Assembly: GCA_030248215.1 (NCBI GenBank)
Contig: JASANG010001204.1
Span: 124,001-188,000, forward strand
Reading direction: 5' to 3'
Origin: Enoplolaimus lenunculus
Lineage: Eukaryota
Length of the DNA: 64,000 bases
The notes beneath the pieces are model-generated. The model was given only the letters and a program-made list of their open reading frames with translations, had not been told where the DNA came from and did no database searches. The position numbers and the translations under genes were made by a program. Positions 11,725-26,231 of the stretch are shown here, piece after piece. The first letter of the stretch is position 1, and each line of letters begins with the position of its first letter.

Positions 11725-14700
11725 ATATACTTACTCTAATTAAGGAATAGCAGTAGTTTTTATATAATGTTAAAAATTACCAATATCTAAACATTTTACA
11801 CTGTTAAAAATTATAAGATGTGATCATTTTTATTTCTAACGCAAATTTTCGGATAAACTTATTACATGTTTCCAGCGGAGTTCAATCCAGAGTATCTACG
11901 TCCAATCATATTGTCTAAGCAAGAATGAATTAACCGAACAAAACTTATTAATGTGCAGTTATTCTAACAATTTGGCTGCCCAGTCTGTTGTTTTAAGGTG
12001 TTGAAATTATAAATGCATAATTTGCAATAACGCTCATCCTGCAGTGTTTGCAGCGATTTTAGGTTAACTACAATACACATACTTAAGTCAATCTTCCTTG
12101 ACAAATTTTGTCCACTCCAGAAAAGTTTTAGTCCTGCTTGTAAGTCGTGTGAATCCTTCGCTTGTCCCTTTTAAAATGGATTTCGGATTTCTGAACGGGC
12201 AGATAGTCGATCAGTTCACGCATATTTTGAAATTTAAATGGCGAAAACAATGCCAACAGTCCAACAAACAGTCGAATACCGAATTAAAACGGCTTTTTGA
12301 AAGCATATGTAACAAAAGTTGATCACATAGTTTACCCCCTAAAAGTAACGATAGTAGAGTTTTATTGATTCCATATCTGTGGGGTGCTTGAGCAGATACT
12401 ACCCGAGTAAATTTTGTCATATTTTTCAAACAGTTTACGTTTCGGCTCATAGCTGGTTGCCGATATTCCAGATAATGTGATTGCCTATAGTTTGCGAAAT
12501 CTTCTATGTCAAACTAGCCGTTAAGTGACTGGTAAAATTAGCGTGAGGCATTGTAAAGATATTTGGAATAACGAATAGTTCAAGCGCTTTTATAAACTTA
12601 GAAACTACAGTTTTCCAAAAAAGCTGAGCCGTGATCAGGCCATCAAGATTACTGGCCAATGTAAAGAACAGGGCCGTAACAGTTGTTATACGCATATTAA
12701 TAAGCCTAATAGTAATCCTAAGCGTAAGGGTAAACCTAGCATTGCATAAGAGCGATTTGCGGTTGTCGATTCAATCTTATGTCGCCTTATATCCTATAGG
12801 ATACCGCTCTCGGTGATGCTGTGAGTGCTCCACTCAAGATTCGGTCTGCTCTGTATGGATAAAATTATAACTATCCGTAAAGTCAAGGTTGTTGTTAAGA
12901 GATGCAAATAGTCAAGTGGCGACCGTAACCAAGTTTTCCCTACATGGCACATTCTCACAGTGTAATACTAGCTTAGCTAATAACGTATGTTTTGCACCTT
13001 AACCCTCAAAGGTTTGCCGCGGGTAAAATTTGTCCAGTTTTACCACGTGGTGCAAATCTTTACCCGCGGGTATATATGCCTGCGGCTGAATTTTCTCGCG
13101 ATCTGGCCTAGTCTCTAGGTTCCACCAGTCACTCAGTTTCCCAATGAACAGAACCCTATAAAATTAACATGGGCCATCAAATTCAACTGCTAAACTCAAA
13201 TTTCATGCATATGGAAATATCCCACAAAAATTTGTTAACAATCAACTTCGTTTAATAAAAACGTTCCAAAGGCCTTGAATGTCCCAGTTTGGCATTTTGA
13301 AAAAATTTAGGTTTTCTAATAATACATTGGAGAATTTCTCTATTGTAGAATTTTACATGAGTCGAATATTAAAAATGAAACCACTGTTTCATTCTTCGAT
13401 CTGATTTCGTCATAGATTGCGTTATTCGTAAAATTGTTTTTTCAACGATTAAATTTTCAATCTGGCTGCGTTCATGCTCACCTTGTTCTTTATGTGGGTG
13501 TCAAATTTGACCAATCACATATCACACGTGAAAGTAAATGTCCTCAATTTGGTTGTGTGTTACCTATTGGTTAATATTGTCGATGCTGAATAAATTTTTC
13601 TCATTTGAACACTTATCCTAACAATAATAGCAGCCGCATAATAGCAGCCGCCGGCTAAACCTTTAGCTATTAGATATCGCATTTCGAATCGGAAGTTAAG
13701 AATATCTAATTAAAATTACTATCCGTCGATAGATATAGCGCATTATTGATATAATATATTTAATTTCTAGCGCTATATTTTAGTAATATTGTACTTAGAC
13801 CTGTAATACCTAAGTAGTTTAATGCTGAACAATCCGGTCCTGCTAGTGAGCCATAGCAACAGAGAGTTGTTAGATTTTGGCCACATCGGAATTGAAAACC
13901 CGAGTTTAGACCGTCTTTCCTTAAAACTACCGTAATCCTGGTTCTATTAAAGGTTGAGAAATTAATATGCATATGTAATGGTGCCAATCAGACCTGTTCA
14001 ACCTAAACACAACTGAACAGCTTACAATATAAGTAAAATTGAGCATAGTTGTTTACAAATTATCAGGCCCGTAGCGACACGAGGCCGAATGCGGCTCTGC
14101 TCTTTACGAAAATTGTGGCTTCACTATGGAAATTTTTAGCCCTCGCTTGAAATTTATGCTAAATCAACCGAGTTCTCATCCTATAACTATTTTCGTTCGT
14201 GTAGTAGGTTGAGCTGGCTCCAAACCTGCAAAAACTATCGGAATGAAATTATATCTGATAAATTAGGATTCGGTTGTAAGGAGAGAATTGTACAAGAAGT
14301 TATATTTAAAGCGGCGACTGTCGGAAAAATAAACTTGGAAAGAAAATATTCCACGAGATCCTAAAACTCAGTTTTACCAAAATAATTTTCAAGATGAAAA
14401 TTATAAGAAGCATACCAGGGGGTAAAATTACAAAACTTTTATGTAACCGTTTTGCTAATTTAACAATTCATAATTTAAGCCAAAGCAACCACAACAAAAT
14501 GGAACTCAAAATAAAATGATTGCAAGCGCATGCGTTCGACTCATGCACCTTTTCGTTTCAAGGAACAGTGAGATCTGAAGTATTTAACTTAAAGACAATT
14601 GTTACACATTTTTGTGGCATTCGGACATCAACTGAACTTAAATCATGCTTAATTTTCGTAAAAACACCATCCCCATACCCCCATGTGTGAGCCCCCAGCC

Positions 14701-15338
14701 TAACAAGATTTTGAACAAAAAATTTGAAAAAGATTTATTTTGATCGTCACAACGGAGTATTGGATTCTCCACCCTGGCCTGCTTCGGCACTGATAACAGG
14801 TACACTTAAATACTTGTTTTAGTCCAATTACTCGACCTCAAGCTGTATATAACTCACATTTCAATGGACAGGGCATAACGGTAAAACAGTCATTCAGATT
14901 TAGACTATTTGCAAGCCAGTAGCCAGAGGGAGCCACGGTGCTCATCGCCAAGAAAAGTTTTGTCCCCATCTCAAGAAAGAATATTACCCCGTTTGTAAGC
15001 TTGTTATTTCAACCGCATGTTCTAACTAAAACTGTTTTGACCTCTTCTAACAGATTGAGTTGGCTACAGGCCTGACGACATAATTGAAATACAGATGCGC
15101 TTTTAAAACTTTCAAATTGCAACTAAAACGTATGTCACTAGACAACAACTCGCTGATTTCAATTTATCCGTAACTGATAATCGACCCTTTATTGCATTAT
15201 TGTAACAAAGAACAGTGTTCAGGTGAATCGTACTATCCCATCGTATCTATATCTCGTCCTCTGGACACACGTTTGCTCCAGCTGGCAACTGGGACATCTT
15301 AAACAACATTGGTTGTTAAGCAAAGCCATAATAACTAC

Positions 15339-15510
15339 GGTCGTTGTAAAGAACGTTGCGGAACAGTATTATAAGCATTATTCCTAAGCCTAAGCCTAAG
15401 CATAAGCCTAAGAATGAGTTTATTCCTAAGCCTAAGATTAATCCAAAGCTTAAGCTTACTCTATTCTAGTTCCACAGAAAAATGTTCCGCCCCTGATCTT
15501 TACATGGGCC
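15339..15510. mobile_element. MITE family B copy
   Basis: Perfect 8-bp TSD ATAACTAC; TAAGCC repeats inside. Confidence 0.85.
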
Positions 15511-15926
15511 ATAACTACCGCCAAGCAAATCGAATCTGATTGAACGATGTGAAAATTAAAGTCGGTTTGTTGCAAAACCATTGGTTGAAAGTTTATTTCT
15601 GCTTGTTTGCGCTATTCAAAAAACATTGCTATTTGTGACGGCGCAGTTGCTAACTTGGACAGGTAAGTGTGCAAGACAAGACGAACTGAAACGAGAAATA
15701 AGGCAAGAAAACACTCCTGGCGATACCGAGCTGCAATTACGGCTTAAGTATGACAGCTCAAGTTGCCAGCCGAATAAAATAGGTGTTCAGGCGACGACGT
15801 ATATACCAGGGTTCTAAGGGAATTCCGATTTAGGCTGAAATTGCGGCAAAATTTATGTCCCAATTTCGATTACGACCAAATGTTATTTGTACGCCCGAAT
15901 TTAGACCCTTTCGGTACTGCGTCAAC

Positions 15927-16104
15927 GCCCCATGTTACTTTAATGGGCGTCCAAGTTTCTGGCGAGTTCATAGAAGAGTAGTTTTAGATTGTAGATTACA
16001 TTTTTTGCTTAGGCTTAGGCTTAGGAACACATTTTTGCAATGCTTAGGTTTAGGCTTAGGAATACGCTTAATCTACTGTTACGCCCTTTAAAGTAACATT
16101 GGCC
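15927..16104. mobile_element. MITE family B subfamily copy
   Basis: TIR G(G/C)CC(C/A)ATGTTACTTTAA(A/T)GGGCGT; perfect TSD GCGTCAAC; TTAGGC core. Confidence 0.85.
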
Positions 16105-16408
16105 GCGTCAACTATTGTAATATTTTGTGTTGAAAAGCTTGCGCACAATACTTAAGCAAATGCTAGTCTGTATTTCTTACTTCAATAAATTGAAACCAAA
16201 GTCCGACATCATAAGGCATGTGCTTGCGCTTGATGTTATTTGCTACAAACAAAAAATTTATTGTTTTTGAAATATTTACATAAGCAATAAAGTGTGTATC
16301 AAAAAGATGAAATTGCAGGTTCGGTTTACGATTCCGGTTTCGACTACAATTCATTCCGGTTTGTAAACCTGGCATAATATATACTTTCACCAAAGAAAGG
16401 AAACAAAC

Positions 16409-16496
16409 CTGAGGGGATAAACTATCGTTGTCTGGCGAGTCTAATTCGGATCCGGAACACATTGACGAACTTTCTGACATTCGCCTTTTGATCGCA

Positions 16497-16527
<31 letters not shown>

Positions 16528-16711
16528 GCGATGTTATGAAATCACTAGTATGAATGCCATTTATTCTGCTGTTTGCGTTAATGTTTTCACTGTTATTTAT
16601 ACTCGCAATATTATTATTGTTGTTGTTGTTGTGGACAATATGTGGCGAGTCATGAACAATACTTTGATTCATATCCATTATAGTTCCAGTTGCATGATGG
16701 TGATGCAACAT
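16409..16711 (-). CDS. TFAP2: TFAP2 proximal alternative first coding exon (1b), 101 codons
   Basis: ATG at 16711, reading MLHHHHATG...Q10 HAIKRRMSESSSMCSGSELDSPDNDSLSPQ. The donor CAG|gtttgt is phase 0. An in-frame TGA lies 9 codons upstream of the ATG with no in-frame acceptor, which argues for a first exon rather than an internal one. Confidence 0.68.
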
Positions 16712-18310
16712 ATTGCAGGCGAATTGCAGTATCACTCACTCAAATGCAATAGCAAACCAGATGTAAAAGACACTTTCCCGTTGAGTACGGGAAATTGGTA
16801 AACGAATATTGGTTCGTTTCAAGAAAAATGGCAAGTTTTGATTGCACACGAAGGCAGCGACTGAAAGTTTGGCTGAGAACAAAACTACATTTGGCCACTA
16901 CGGTTTAAGTTGTGTTAAATTGACGGTGACTGATTTGAAATCAAAAATAATAACGTGTAAAATATCAGGCTTATTACGTGTAGGCATTTGCTGGCAAGAA
17001 AGGCAGTAGGCTAAACGGATATGGTAAGTAAAAAGATGGCGGCAGGCAAGAAAAAGGCTTCAACATAAATACATCCCTGAGGGATAGCGGTATCAGGCTT
17101 TTCGGCAAAAATAACTCGAGTTAATAATTACATTTTAGTTTATAATTATTACAACGAACAAGTAAGATATGTCTTAAAATTCAAAACATAGGCTTTAAGC
17201 TGTCTGACCATGCAACATCAGTAACGCAATCAGAAATTTGATAAGTTGAAGCGGCACTACTAACTTGAGACAGCCGCCAGAAACAGGGCCGGAGGAGCCA
17301 CTTTCCCACACCACGCTGTTGGGGGCCCAACAGTAAAGAGGGCACCCACCCTAACAAGATTTTAAACAATATTTTGATCATCGCAAGGGGCCCCCGCCCC
17401 GGAAGTTTAAGAGTCCCCCCACCCTAGCCTGTTTTGACACTGACACAACATATATGGATAAAATATATAACAAAGTCAAAAATTAACCCCAACTGGTTGT
17501 CAATCTGAATGGGAAAGAGGTGACCCCTGTCATGTAAAAGTATTAGCCCCTGCCATATTTTCGCTGCTAGAGTGCCATATTTCCAAATGCCCTATTTTCT
17601 TCTTTGCCACAGTTCCCCGCCCTTGTCATATTCTCATTTTTAAAAGGAAGTTAAAATCGATGCCGAAATACTGAACATCGAAGCCAGAGCCGGCCAGCGA
17701 ATTTTCTACCGGAACCAGAACCTGATGTGAACCAGTTTGCGCAACGCAGTTATGTAGTCTCTTAAACCAATTAATGAGGATCTAATATTTTTATATTAAA
17801 CACATCCGAAATTATGTTTGGTGTTTTTAAGTTTCCGACCGTGAGTTTATGTTGCTTAAACACATATTTCAATTCGTAGCTCTCAAACTAGTTCTCATTG
17901 GAAGCGCGCCAAATCAGATATTTGACCGTAACTCGTTAGCCAGACGTCTGATTGTGGAAAATTTAACACCATTCGACTCAGCTCTACATGCTGCATTAAA
18001 AAGTGTATATAATTTACTTAACTTCTTGACAAAAAAATTTTTGCACCCAAGGGGGTTTTACCTTTGGACCTTAAAAAATCTAATTTTTTTCAAATTTGAA
18101 ATTTGGGCATGGATTGCTCAGAGAAACCGCGATAAGTTCAAATATGCAAAAATTTTCAAAATCCCACCATTTTTTGAGAAACGCCGGGTGGGGTCGGACA
18201 ACCGAAAAGAACCGATCCGGCTGTATTTTAAATTCCTAAAACATGTTTTCAACTTTGTTTATACTTTAAAATGGAATCAAATAACGTGTCATGTATATTC
18301 CAACGACTAA

Positions 18311-18606
18311 AGCCCTATTCACACGTGCAACTTATGCAGCAAAATTTTGCACGTGCAGCTTGAATGTACAAGTTTGGTCACAAAGCAGCTTTGAAGTTCT
18401 TGCAACTGCAAATTATTCACTGGGATTCATGTTATTTAATTTAACTCGCACATGTGAACGCAGTTGCAAGTCGCCTGAATTTCTTGCGCCTCCAGTTTTA
18501 TTGGTCAATTTGAGTGTTCCTTTGAAAATACTTGCAGCTGCAAGTGTTTCGCACAAGCTGCAGTTGTCAGTTCTCGCTGCAAAAACTTGCACGTGTGAAT
18601 GGCGCT
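18311..18606. mobile_element. PIF/Harbinger-like MITE
   Basis: TAA|AGCCCTATTCACACGTGCAA...TTGCACGTGTGAATGGCGCT|TAA (3-bp TSD); partial copy at about 41505-41565. Confidence 0.75.
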
Positions 18607-21600
18607 TAACACAGAACAAACAACGCTCCCGACGTCCAGACACCTTTGTCCCACTGGTTAAACTTTTTTAACAAAGTAACAAATTATAAAGTTAACAAAT
18701 TTTTTGAATACCGCTGTCTTAAGGCAAACGAATAAAATTGCTGTTGTATATGTTTAATATACCATGCCTCTGGACACAGAGCAATCCATATTGGAGGACC
18801 ATTATCCTTTTTTAGTATCCACTTGCCTTACAATAGTTACCAATACAGTTATCATTAATCATGTTGTGGTCAGTCACGAGTATATAACGCAATATCCCAT
18901 TAATAATTAAATCCTAACAATTCACAGTTCATAAAAAATAAACTTTGATGCCGCAGGGGCTTACATTTTTGCTCATATGGCCAATTGAAAATAACGTTAT
19001 TTTGTAGCGTGAATATTTTGAAATTTGCATAACAACACCAATAGTGCATGTGCAATGTTTATTTGCTACGGAGAAGTTATTCTGTCAGTAATATTATTTA
19101 TTTTTCGTTGTATTTCATATGTTGTAGTCTTCGATCTCAATTTATATAAACCCCTCCAACCCTTCTGATGTCATATGTGACTCCCCTTGGCAACTGTTTT
19201 TATACAAATCACAATCTACTTTCGCTGAAACCATCCAACAGAATGAAAATAATAATGAAATATTACGTAAAAGATAACAACAATACACTTTTATTGGCTT
19301 GGTCTATTTGTGAAAAATAGCGAAAAAAAATATATTCTTCACTTGTATTAAAATAATAAAACTTTTTTTCGGCGTGTAGTTCGAACACGAGTCGCTCGAG
19401 CTGATTGTGGGCAATTTTAACTCTTGAAGCTGTCATTGATATGCGCAACACAAGCGTGTTGTTGCGTTTCTTACCGAATTGTATCATTGTTTTCTACTTT
19501 TGAAGACAAAAAAATTTTCATTTAAAATTATTTTTCTTAAATTTTAAAGGGTTTTTAAATGGTGTTATGTAATCGTCGCTGCGGTGTAGCGAACATGATA
19601 GACTGCAAATGCATTGTAACAGTTCGAGGTATGTACTCGTGCCGATTGCGTAAACAAAAATTGATTATATATGTCGAGCTTGAACGCCAAATTTTCTTAG
19701 TGGGAAACAGAAACGTTCCAAACACCAACTGTTGCTTTTAGAATAGCCAATATCTGATTGGATGATGTTAAACCGTAACCAAAATTTTGTTGCACGATCA
19801 TTGGTTCAACACGTTTTGTTCCAGTTGCCACTTTAATTTGGAAGCGGGCTTGACCAAGGAAGCGAATGGGAAGCCCCAAGACCAATTTATGTGCCAACAT
19901 CGGCTGGAAAATTATGTTGTCCAACATGGAATGGTTTTAATGCTGTCGATAAATTTTCGGCCAGGAAAACGAAAATGATTCCTCTCGCTCCTCATAGTTG
20001 TGGCCCTGTCTTTCCGCGTTCTGTTCAAATAATGTTTCCGCTTGATCCTAAAATTGCTATTGCAAACCTTGTTTTTTGTTAAAGCATTCACTTCTGCAAC
20101 CCAACCAACTAGTTTATTAGTTAACCAGTAGTACATTTTTTTATGTTGCCTAAAATTTAAGTAACCAGTTTAACCTAGTGTCGACACACACGAGTTCATA
20201 TATAGTGCGAGCACTTCCATTCCACTGTTTGACGACAAAATACAGTGTAGGCAGTTTAACTCGCCACCGTGAGTTGTTATGCAATATTTGATACAAAATC
20301 TTTTGACTGTCACCAAATTTGTATCACGATTACATCGATGCAACAAAGTAGTCGTATATTAACCTAGAAGTTCAAAATGAAGCAACAACAATTTCGGTGC
20401 AAAAATTTGCCTTCAAGCAAAACAGATATTTTTTCTCTACTCTCAAAATTCTCATTTTATGAACTTTTTTCAGTAAATATTATGAAATGAAAAATTTCGT
20501 TTTGAAAACAAACCATTACAGCGTACTTATAAATCTATATTCACACCTGATAAGTTTCGAAACAGTATATATACGTTGAGGTTCGGGTACTGAAGAGGCC
20601 TGTATTCTACTTTAACGGTGTCTTGTAACAATTATGCGGCGACCGCACATCTTGCCCACCAACAGACCGGCCACCTGGGGCCTAGGTAAATAGCGACCCA
20701 TTCATGCAGTTTTAAAAACGCAAACAGATTCTGGAAAATTAGTCTGACAATAATTTTGGGAAAATTTTTAAAAACCGACCCCCTTTACCTCACTTGCCTG
20801 CGCCCCTGTTCCGTGCGATCCTGAATTGCTGAGCATTTACAAAAATAGTACACAAACCTTGACTCCATTGAAAGCAGGCCGCAGTCAAGCAATTTGCTGC
20901 GCAGATAAAAGCTTATTGCAAACCATTTTTGTGGCAAAAATATACCAGCCCTGTAGCCCGCTAAACATGCCAAGGCGGCTGAAAAGTTTTCAGAAGGAGC
21001 TTTCACAGTACTTACAAGCGAATATGAAACCAGTTTAGAGAGAAGACAGAATTTTGCAAGGGAGGTGGGTTAAGCTGCTTTGGCCCCTCTCAGTTACGGG
21101 CTGGAAGAAATATACACTGATAGTTTTTACACTTTATTCCGGTTGATGTTTAAAAATCAAAATGGAAATGAAAAGCATGTTTCCTGCCAAACATGAGAAA
21201 CAGCGCATGACTCGGAAAATTAATAAGCAAGCAACCACTAAAAGCGGCAATGGAGACGGCGTAAATCAAACAAATATAAGATCAACTTCTTGAAAATACT
21301 GCATTCTTCTGTCCGTAATCTATTGCGCTTATAGCAACAATAGTCAATAATGTGGCCCATCGAGTCTCCCCACTTATGAATTAACCCTCGAAAAATTTCA
21401 GTTCTTCTCCATGTTGTTGAAAGCAGAATTTTAGCAACTTTCATTTACCCTAGAAAACCAAAACTTCATTAAGTGAGTGGAATTAGCGCCTTATTTTGCA
21501 AATTTGGTAAAATTTACACCCCGAAACATCAACTGCTTTTAATAGACTTAAAAAAAGACTACGAAAAAGAATATAAATACTGCAGAAGAGCCAGTGTGCT

Positions 21601-21871
21601 TGGATGAGAAACAACATATATAAACAGTAATCTTTACGTTTCTAAGCACAATGATACAGGGTTACACAAGAGTTTTCAAAAATTGAGAAATTCACTGCAT
21701 TTGGCGTATTATAAACCAACTAAAATTAGTTCGAAAACATATCAATTCAATACACATGATACACTGGTTGCTATTAATACATTACAGCGATAATCATGCC
21801 AAAAATTTCTGACGGGTGATGAGCTGGCAAATGTTACGAAACGCAAAATTTGTAATCATTTTATCGCCAAG

Positions 21872-22065
21872 TAGTTTTCGGAGGTGGAAAATTGTAAGAT
21901 AGGTACCTAACCATTTTATCATAAAAAAATTGCGAAAAATTTGTTTAACACCAAAAAGTTTTCGGAGGTGGAGAATTGTAAGGTAGGGACCTTACCATTT
22001 AATCACAAAAATGATTCTGAGGTTTCTGACGGAAAAATTACATTGTAGAGACCGTACCATTTTAT
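21872..22065. repeat. Degenerate direct repeats (2-3 copies)
   Basis: AGTTTTCGGAGGTGGARAATTGTAAG...ACCATTTT repeated about 85 bp apart. Confidence 0.6.
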
Positions 22066-25000
22066 TACTATAAATTGTCTAATGAAGAGGGCGTACGCCC
22101 CTCGCGTCACCCTCTGGGTCTGCTAGTAATTTAAATACAACCTCATTGATCCGAACAACACTTGCATAAAACTTTAGATTACGTTACTGATTAACAAAGG
22201 TCACTGCCTACCGATTGAACAATCAATATTCAATGATTTCATGTCATTCTCAACCACAAATCGAGTATAAGAAAAGGCAAAACACAACACTCGGGTTGAA
22301 AACAGTGCACAAAATGTATACAGACACAACATTGTCCAGCGTCATGAATTAAGCAGATTTTTTCTTTGAAAGATTTACATTCATGTTCCATGCCAAAAAA
22401 ACTAAATATAAATATTACATTCCCAGGATGAAATGCCTTAAAGCTTAGAAACCGACTTTTATTTGTTGTTTAGTAACACGTCGCCTATTTTGGTTAATAA
22501 ACTAAAACTTGCAACAGGCATCTAAAGTTAATATTCCGAATACATTGTGCCCAACGAATTGTAATGAACTAATGCCAGGGTTAGAGAGATAGCTACATGC
22601 TATACCAACTGAAATAATGCACTGTATCAGGTGTCAGCGCCTTTCTATAGAGTTAACGTTTATCGATTTGTCTCAGTTGACTTTATAGTGAAGTAAATTT
22701 TTCAAAAAAACATCTTTTCGAATTAAAGCCATTACTCTGTGCACCCTTGGTAGGTGTACTTGACTAACTTGGCTACGTTGCCGCTTATGCATTGTGTAAA
22801 GAGTGCCGGAGCAGACAGGGATGGTGGCTTCCCCCGAACTCCAGTGTGCGGACTCTTAAACTCTGGAACGAGAAGCCCGACGCATTTTAAAACTTTAGCG
22901 GAATTTGTTTCAACCGATTACGGTGGGAGTCCCTCCAAATGCGGAGAATATGAGGAGTGGCTGCTCCGACCCTGCGTGTAGATACCAACGGCACTGCATT
23001 GGACGTTTCAGTCACCTACAGTTACCTGTCTATCGAATGCCTATCTCCAGGAAAAATATAGAAACGAAACACGCGAAAAGTTATTAAACTGATACATTTT
23101 CGAGTTTGGTGTGTATGTTTAGTGAAAATTCTTGAGACTCTACCCCGCCCGTCCGACATATCAAATAAACATTTGACGAATTTTAAACAAAAATTTTTAC
23201 AAGCGTTTGAATTTTAACACGCAAACATATATATATATAATTTCGTGCATCTTTTATAAAGAAAGCCGTGTTATGTTCGCATGCATTGCAATTTGCAAGC
23301 AACGCAACGGTAACGCGTAAAAAGACGTATATAGGCTCGTTATAGTCCTTTGAAACGGTCGCGTATCCAAAAGTTACTCAACCAGTTTACAACAAAGCTA
23401 TCTCAACAATAAGTCCAGTAGACTAAAGGCTCAGCCATCGTAGAAAAAATTTTCCCCGTTGAAAAACTGCTTTGAACGAGCTTCCAGGTCTTTTAAAATC
23501 ATCTAAACGTTCCCCACCGAATAGTTTTTATCCCAACACCATGCTGAGCAACTGTAAACTTGACAAAAATGTGAAAAATGGTAAATTCAGCTTGTTACAT
23601 TATATAGCTTTTACAGGTATTAAAGCCAATTTGAATTTGCTGATCAACATACACCACTAATTATTGTAGCAAAAAATCTATACTATATAACGCTTAGAGC
23701 CCGTATTCTCAAATGTAAGTAGCACATAGTACCAGATAGTAATAGGTTTTCAAACAAAATTACGGAAGATACTACGAATGTCAAACTTGACCCACAAATA
23801 GGAACAATCGAATGCGAAATGTGTGCCAAGTAGTGCAACTTTGCGGGAAATCAAAGACCTATCGTCAACTGGTGATATGTACTGCATGCTTACATTTGAG
23901 CATATGGGCATAGAGCGCAAAGTATTCGTAGATTCACCCAATCTATAGAACAGGGCCCTTACAGTAGTATATAAATGTTCCTAAACCTAAGCCTAAGATA
24001 TAAACTTATACCTAAGTTTAAGCGAAAAATTATTCTAAAACTTCACCATATTATTAACCTGTGCTTTGCGGATTTGTAAATGCGCGTTTAGAATCTATTC
24101 ATAACATTGATTACTGGTATTTTAATCTTCTTTAAGAGAACATTGACTTTTCATCAAGGTTCACATGACATAAAAACCCGAAAGACCACAGGGTGCAAGC
24201 AGGATTTCATTTTGGATAAATGTAAGCTCGTAAAAAATGTTGCAAGTTAACGCAGCGAACGAAAAATATTTTTTGCTTTTTGCAGGTTATTATAAAGGCT
24301 GTAAAACTGTCTTGAATATCGCACATCCCTAAATTTAGGAGCAGACAATCTTTTAGGATGTGGGGACTTGACTTGTTTTGTTCCATAGCTTAGATCCCAA
24401 ACTTTTTTCGCAGGTTAAAAAATGTTATTTACCAGTGGATTAAGTCATGCTGAATCTAAATTTTAAATGTAGTTAATATTTTCCAACCCCCAAGTGTTGC
24501 AACTAGCGTTATAGGCATGATCTATTACGACTTACTACTACAACAACAACAACAGTGCCAAAAGTGTACGCCAACTGATATAACACATTGCTAAAAAGTG
24601 AAATGCGAAAATTTTTCAAAGAAAACTTTCCGAGTCACATTTTAGTGAGGAAAATTATAAAACAGGCAAAACGTTTTTAAGGCGAGACAGAGGAAGCAGA
24701 AGATGGTAAAACAAAGTTGAGGCTGCATCTCTCAAAGTGCAATCTGATAGCGCAGTTTTAGACAAAGCATAACGCATATACGATGTATACCTATACAACG
24801 CTATTAACTATAGAGTTTATAAGAATATATTACATGTGCTCAGCCTTCGTATTTTCAGTATCTCTGACACAGTATCAGGGGCGTATAAAACGGGTGGGAT
24901 ACGACGCGTATCTCCAATCTGAAACTCCTTCACAGATTAGGAAAAACAATTTGAAAAAATTCTAGAATAAGCTTCTATAATGATAGAAATTAAAGACTGA

Positions 25001-25317
25001 TTTTACATGCGGTATTCCCTGCTGAACTGCAATTCTGACTGCGACAGTTCACAGTATAATACGCGAGTGCAGTTTACGATGCAAGGCTTGACACAGAAAC
25101 GCAAAATTTGCGTTGCAACAAAAACAAAAAAATGGTGTTTCTTTTAAATATGGAAGAAAAGCTCGTGAAACAAAATAATTTCGTTGAAACTCAAAATAGT
25201 TGAGCTTGACGATAATCAGTTGACAACGGTACCCAAAATTTTCTTAAAAACTGTTTTGTTCTTTAGGACCAAACTGATTGTGAGTTTGATGATAGTGATT
25301 ATTTCCGGCGTCCCCTA

Positions 25318-25729
25318 CTGTAGTGACCCGAACAAGAGGGGGAGTGATATTTATTTGGCCTCTCCAGAGAGTACCACCCTTGTTATTCGGTTACGGACTG
25401 TTATTTATTTTAACCCACGCTCCGCCTCCCTTCGTTACCGATATATATCCAGTAGTGTAACTATCCGTTGAATTAAATGTTTTTTCTGGTGTCAATAACT
25501 TGAACGATCATGCAAGGTTATACTTACGAATGTACTTTTAAACTTTAAATACGTTTTAAAGATTCGAACTCAATTTTATTTGCTTCTGAAGTCATTTATG
25601 CACTACAATTAGGATTCATGAACTCTAATTAGGATTTAGGGACTCTATCCGCTTACCGACTCTTATTAGGGATATGGACTCATATTGATTGGGACTCAAA
25701 CTGGGGACCCCCACCCCTCTGATTACCCC
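25318..25729. mobile_element. MITE family A copy, right TIR missing
   Basis: TA|CTGTAGTGACCCGAACAAG start and colinear interior. Confidence 0.8.
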
Positions 25730-25967
25730 ACAAGTACGTACATAAACTTGGTTCTCAGCATTTTGGCTCATGTCGCATCCAGATTTTTTTAGCACAAAGT
25801 TTGGTGTTCGTCAACCAAACTGTGATGAGAAATAATACTTCAATCTCAGCGCTGCCATGAAACTAAAATTCATATGTTGAGCCTAGGAATATGGAGCCCA
25901 TTATTTTCACATCTGCACGCTGAAACTTTCTTCTCTAGAACGTAATATTTTTCTCTAGTTTTATTAA

Positions 25968-26231
25968 CCCTTTCTCACATGAATATTTTCTGTTCCCCTT
26001 GAGACCTACCTTTATGTTAGGATTCGAACTCCAGTGACTGGAGTAGGAGGCGTATACCATCACCACTCAACTATAGGAGCTTGACGCTCGAGCCCGAGGG
26101 GTGCTCTCACGTCTTGTGGTGATTTAGTACTATGTATACGTGTTGCAATTGTTAAACACGGTGCGATATATACTATTTAACGTATATACACTGCGCTGAG
26201 GTGCCTACAGGCAATTCAATGTGAGAAGGGG
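25968..26231. mobile_element. piggyBac-like MITE family D copy
   Basis: TTAA|CCCTTTCTCACAT...ATGTGAGAAGGGG|TTAA; nearly identical to 6744-7005. Confidence 0.87.

Noticed and set aside
16005..16060. TTAGGC runs as a telomere or as evidence of a nematode genome
   Set aside because: The runs are short, degenerate and mostly enclosed by MITE TIRs and TSDs.
19559..20136. Cluster of short ORFs as a transposase relic
   Set aside because: No DDE, zinc-finger or hAT dimerisation motif is recognisable by eye; it cannot be supported without BLASTX.
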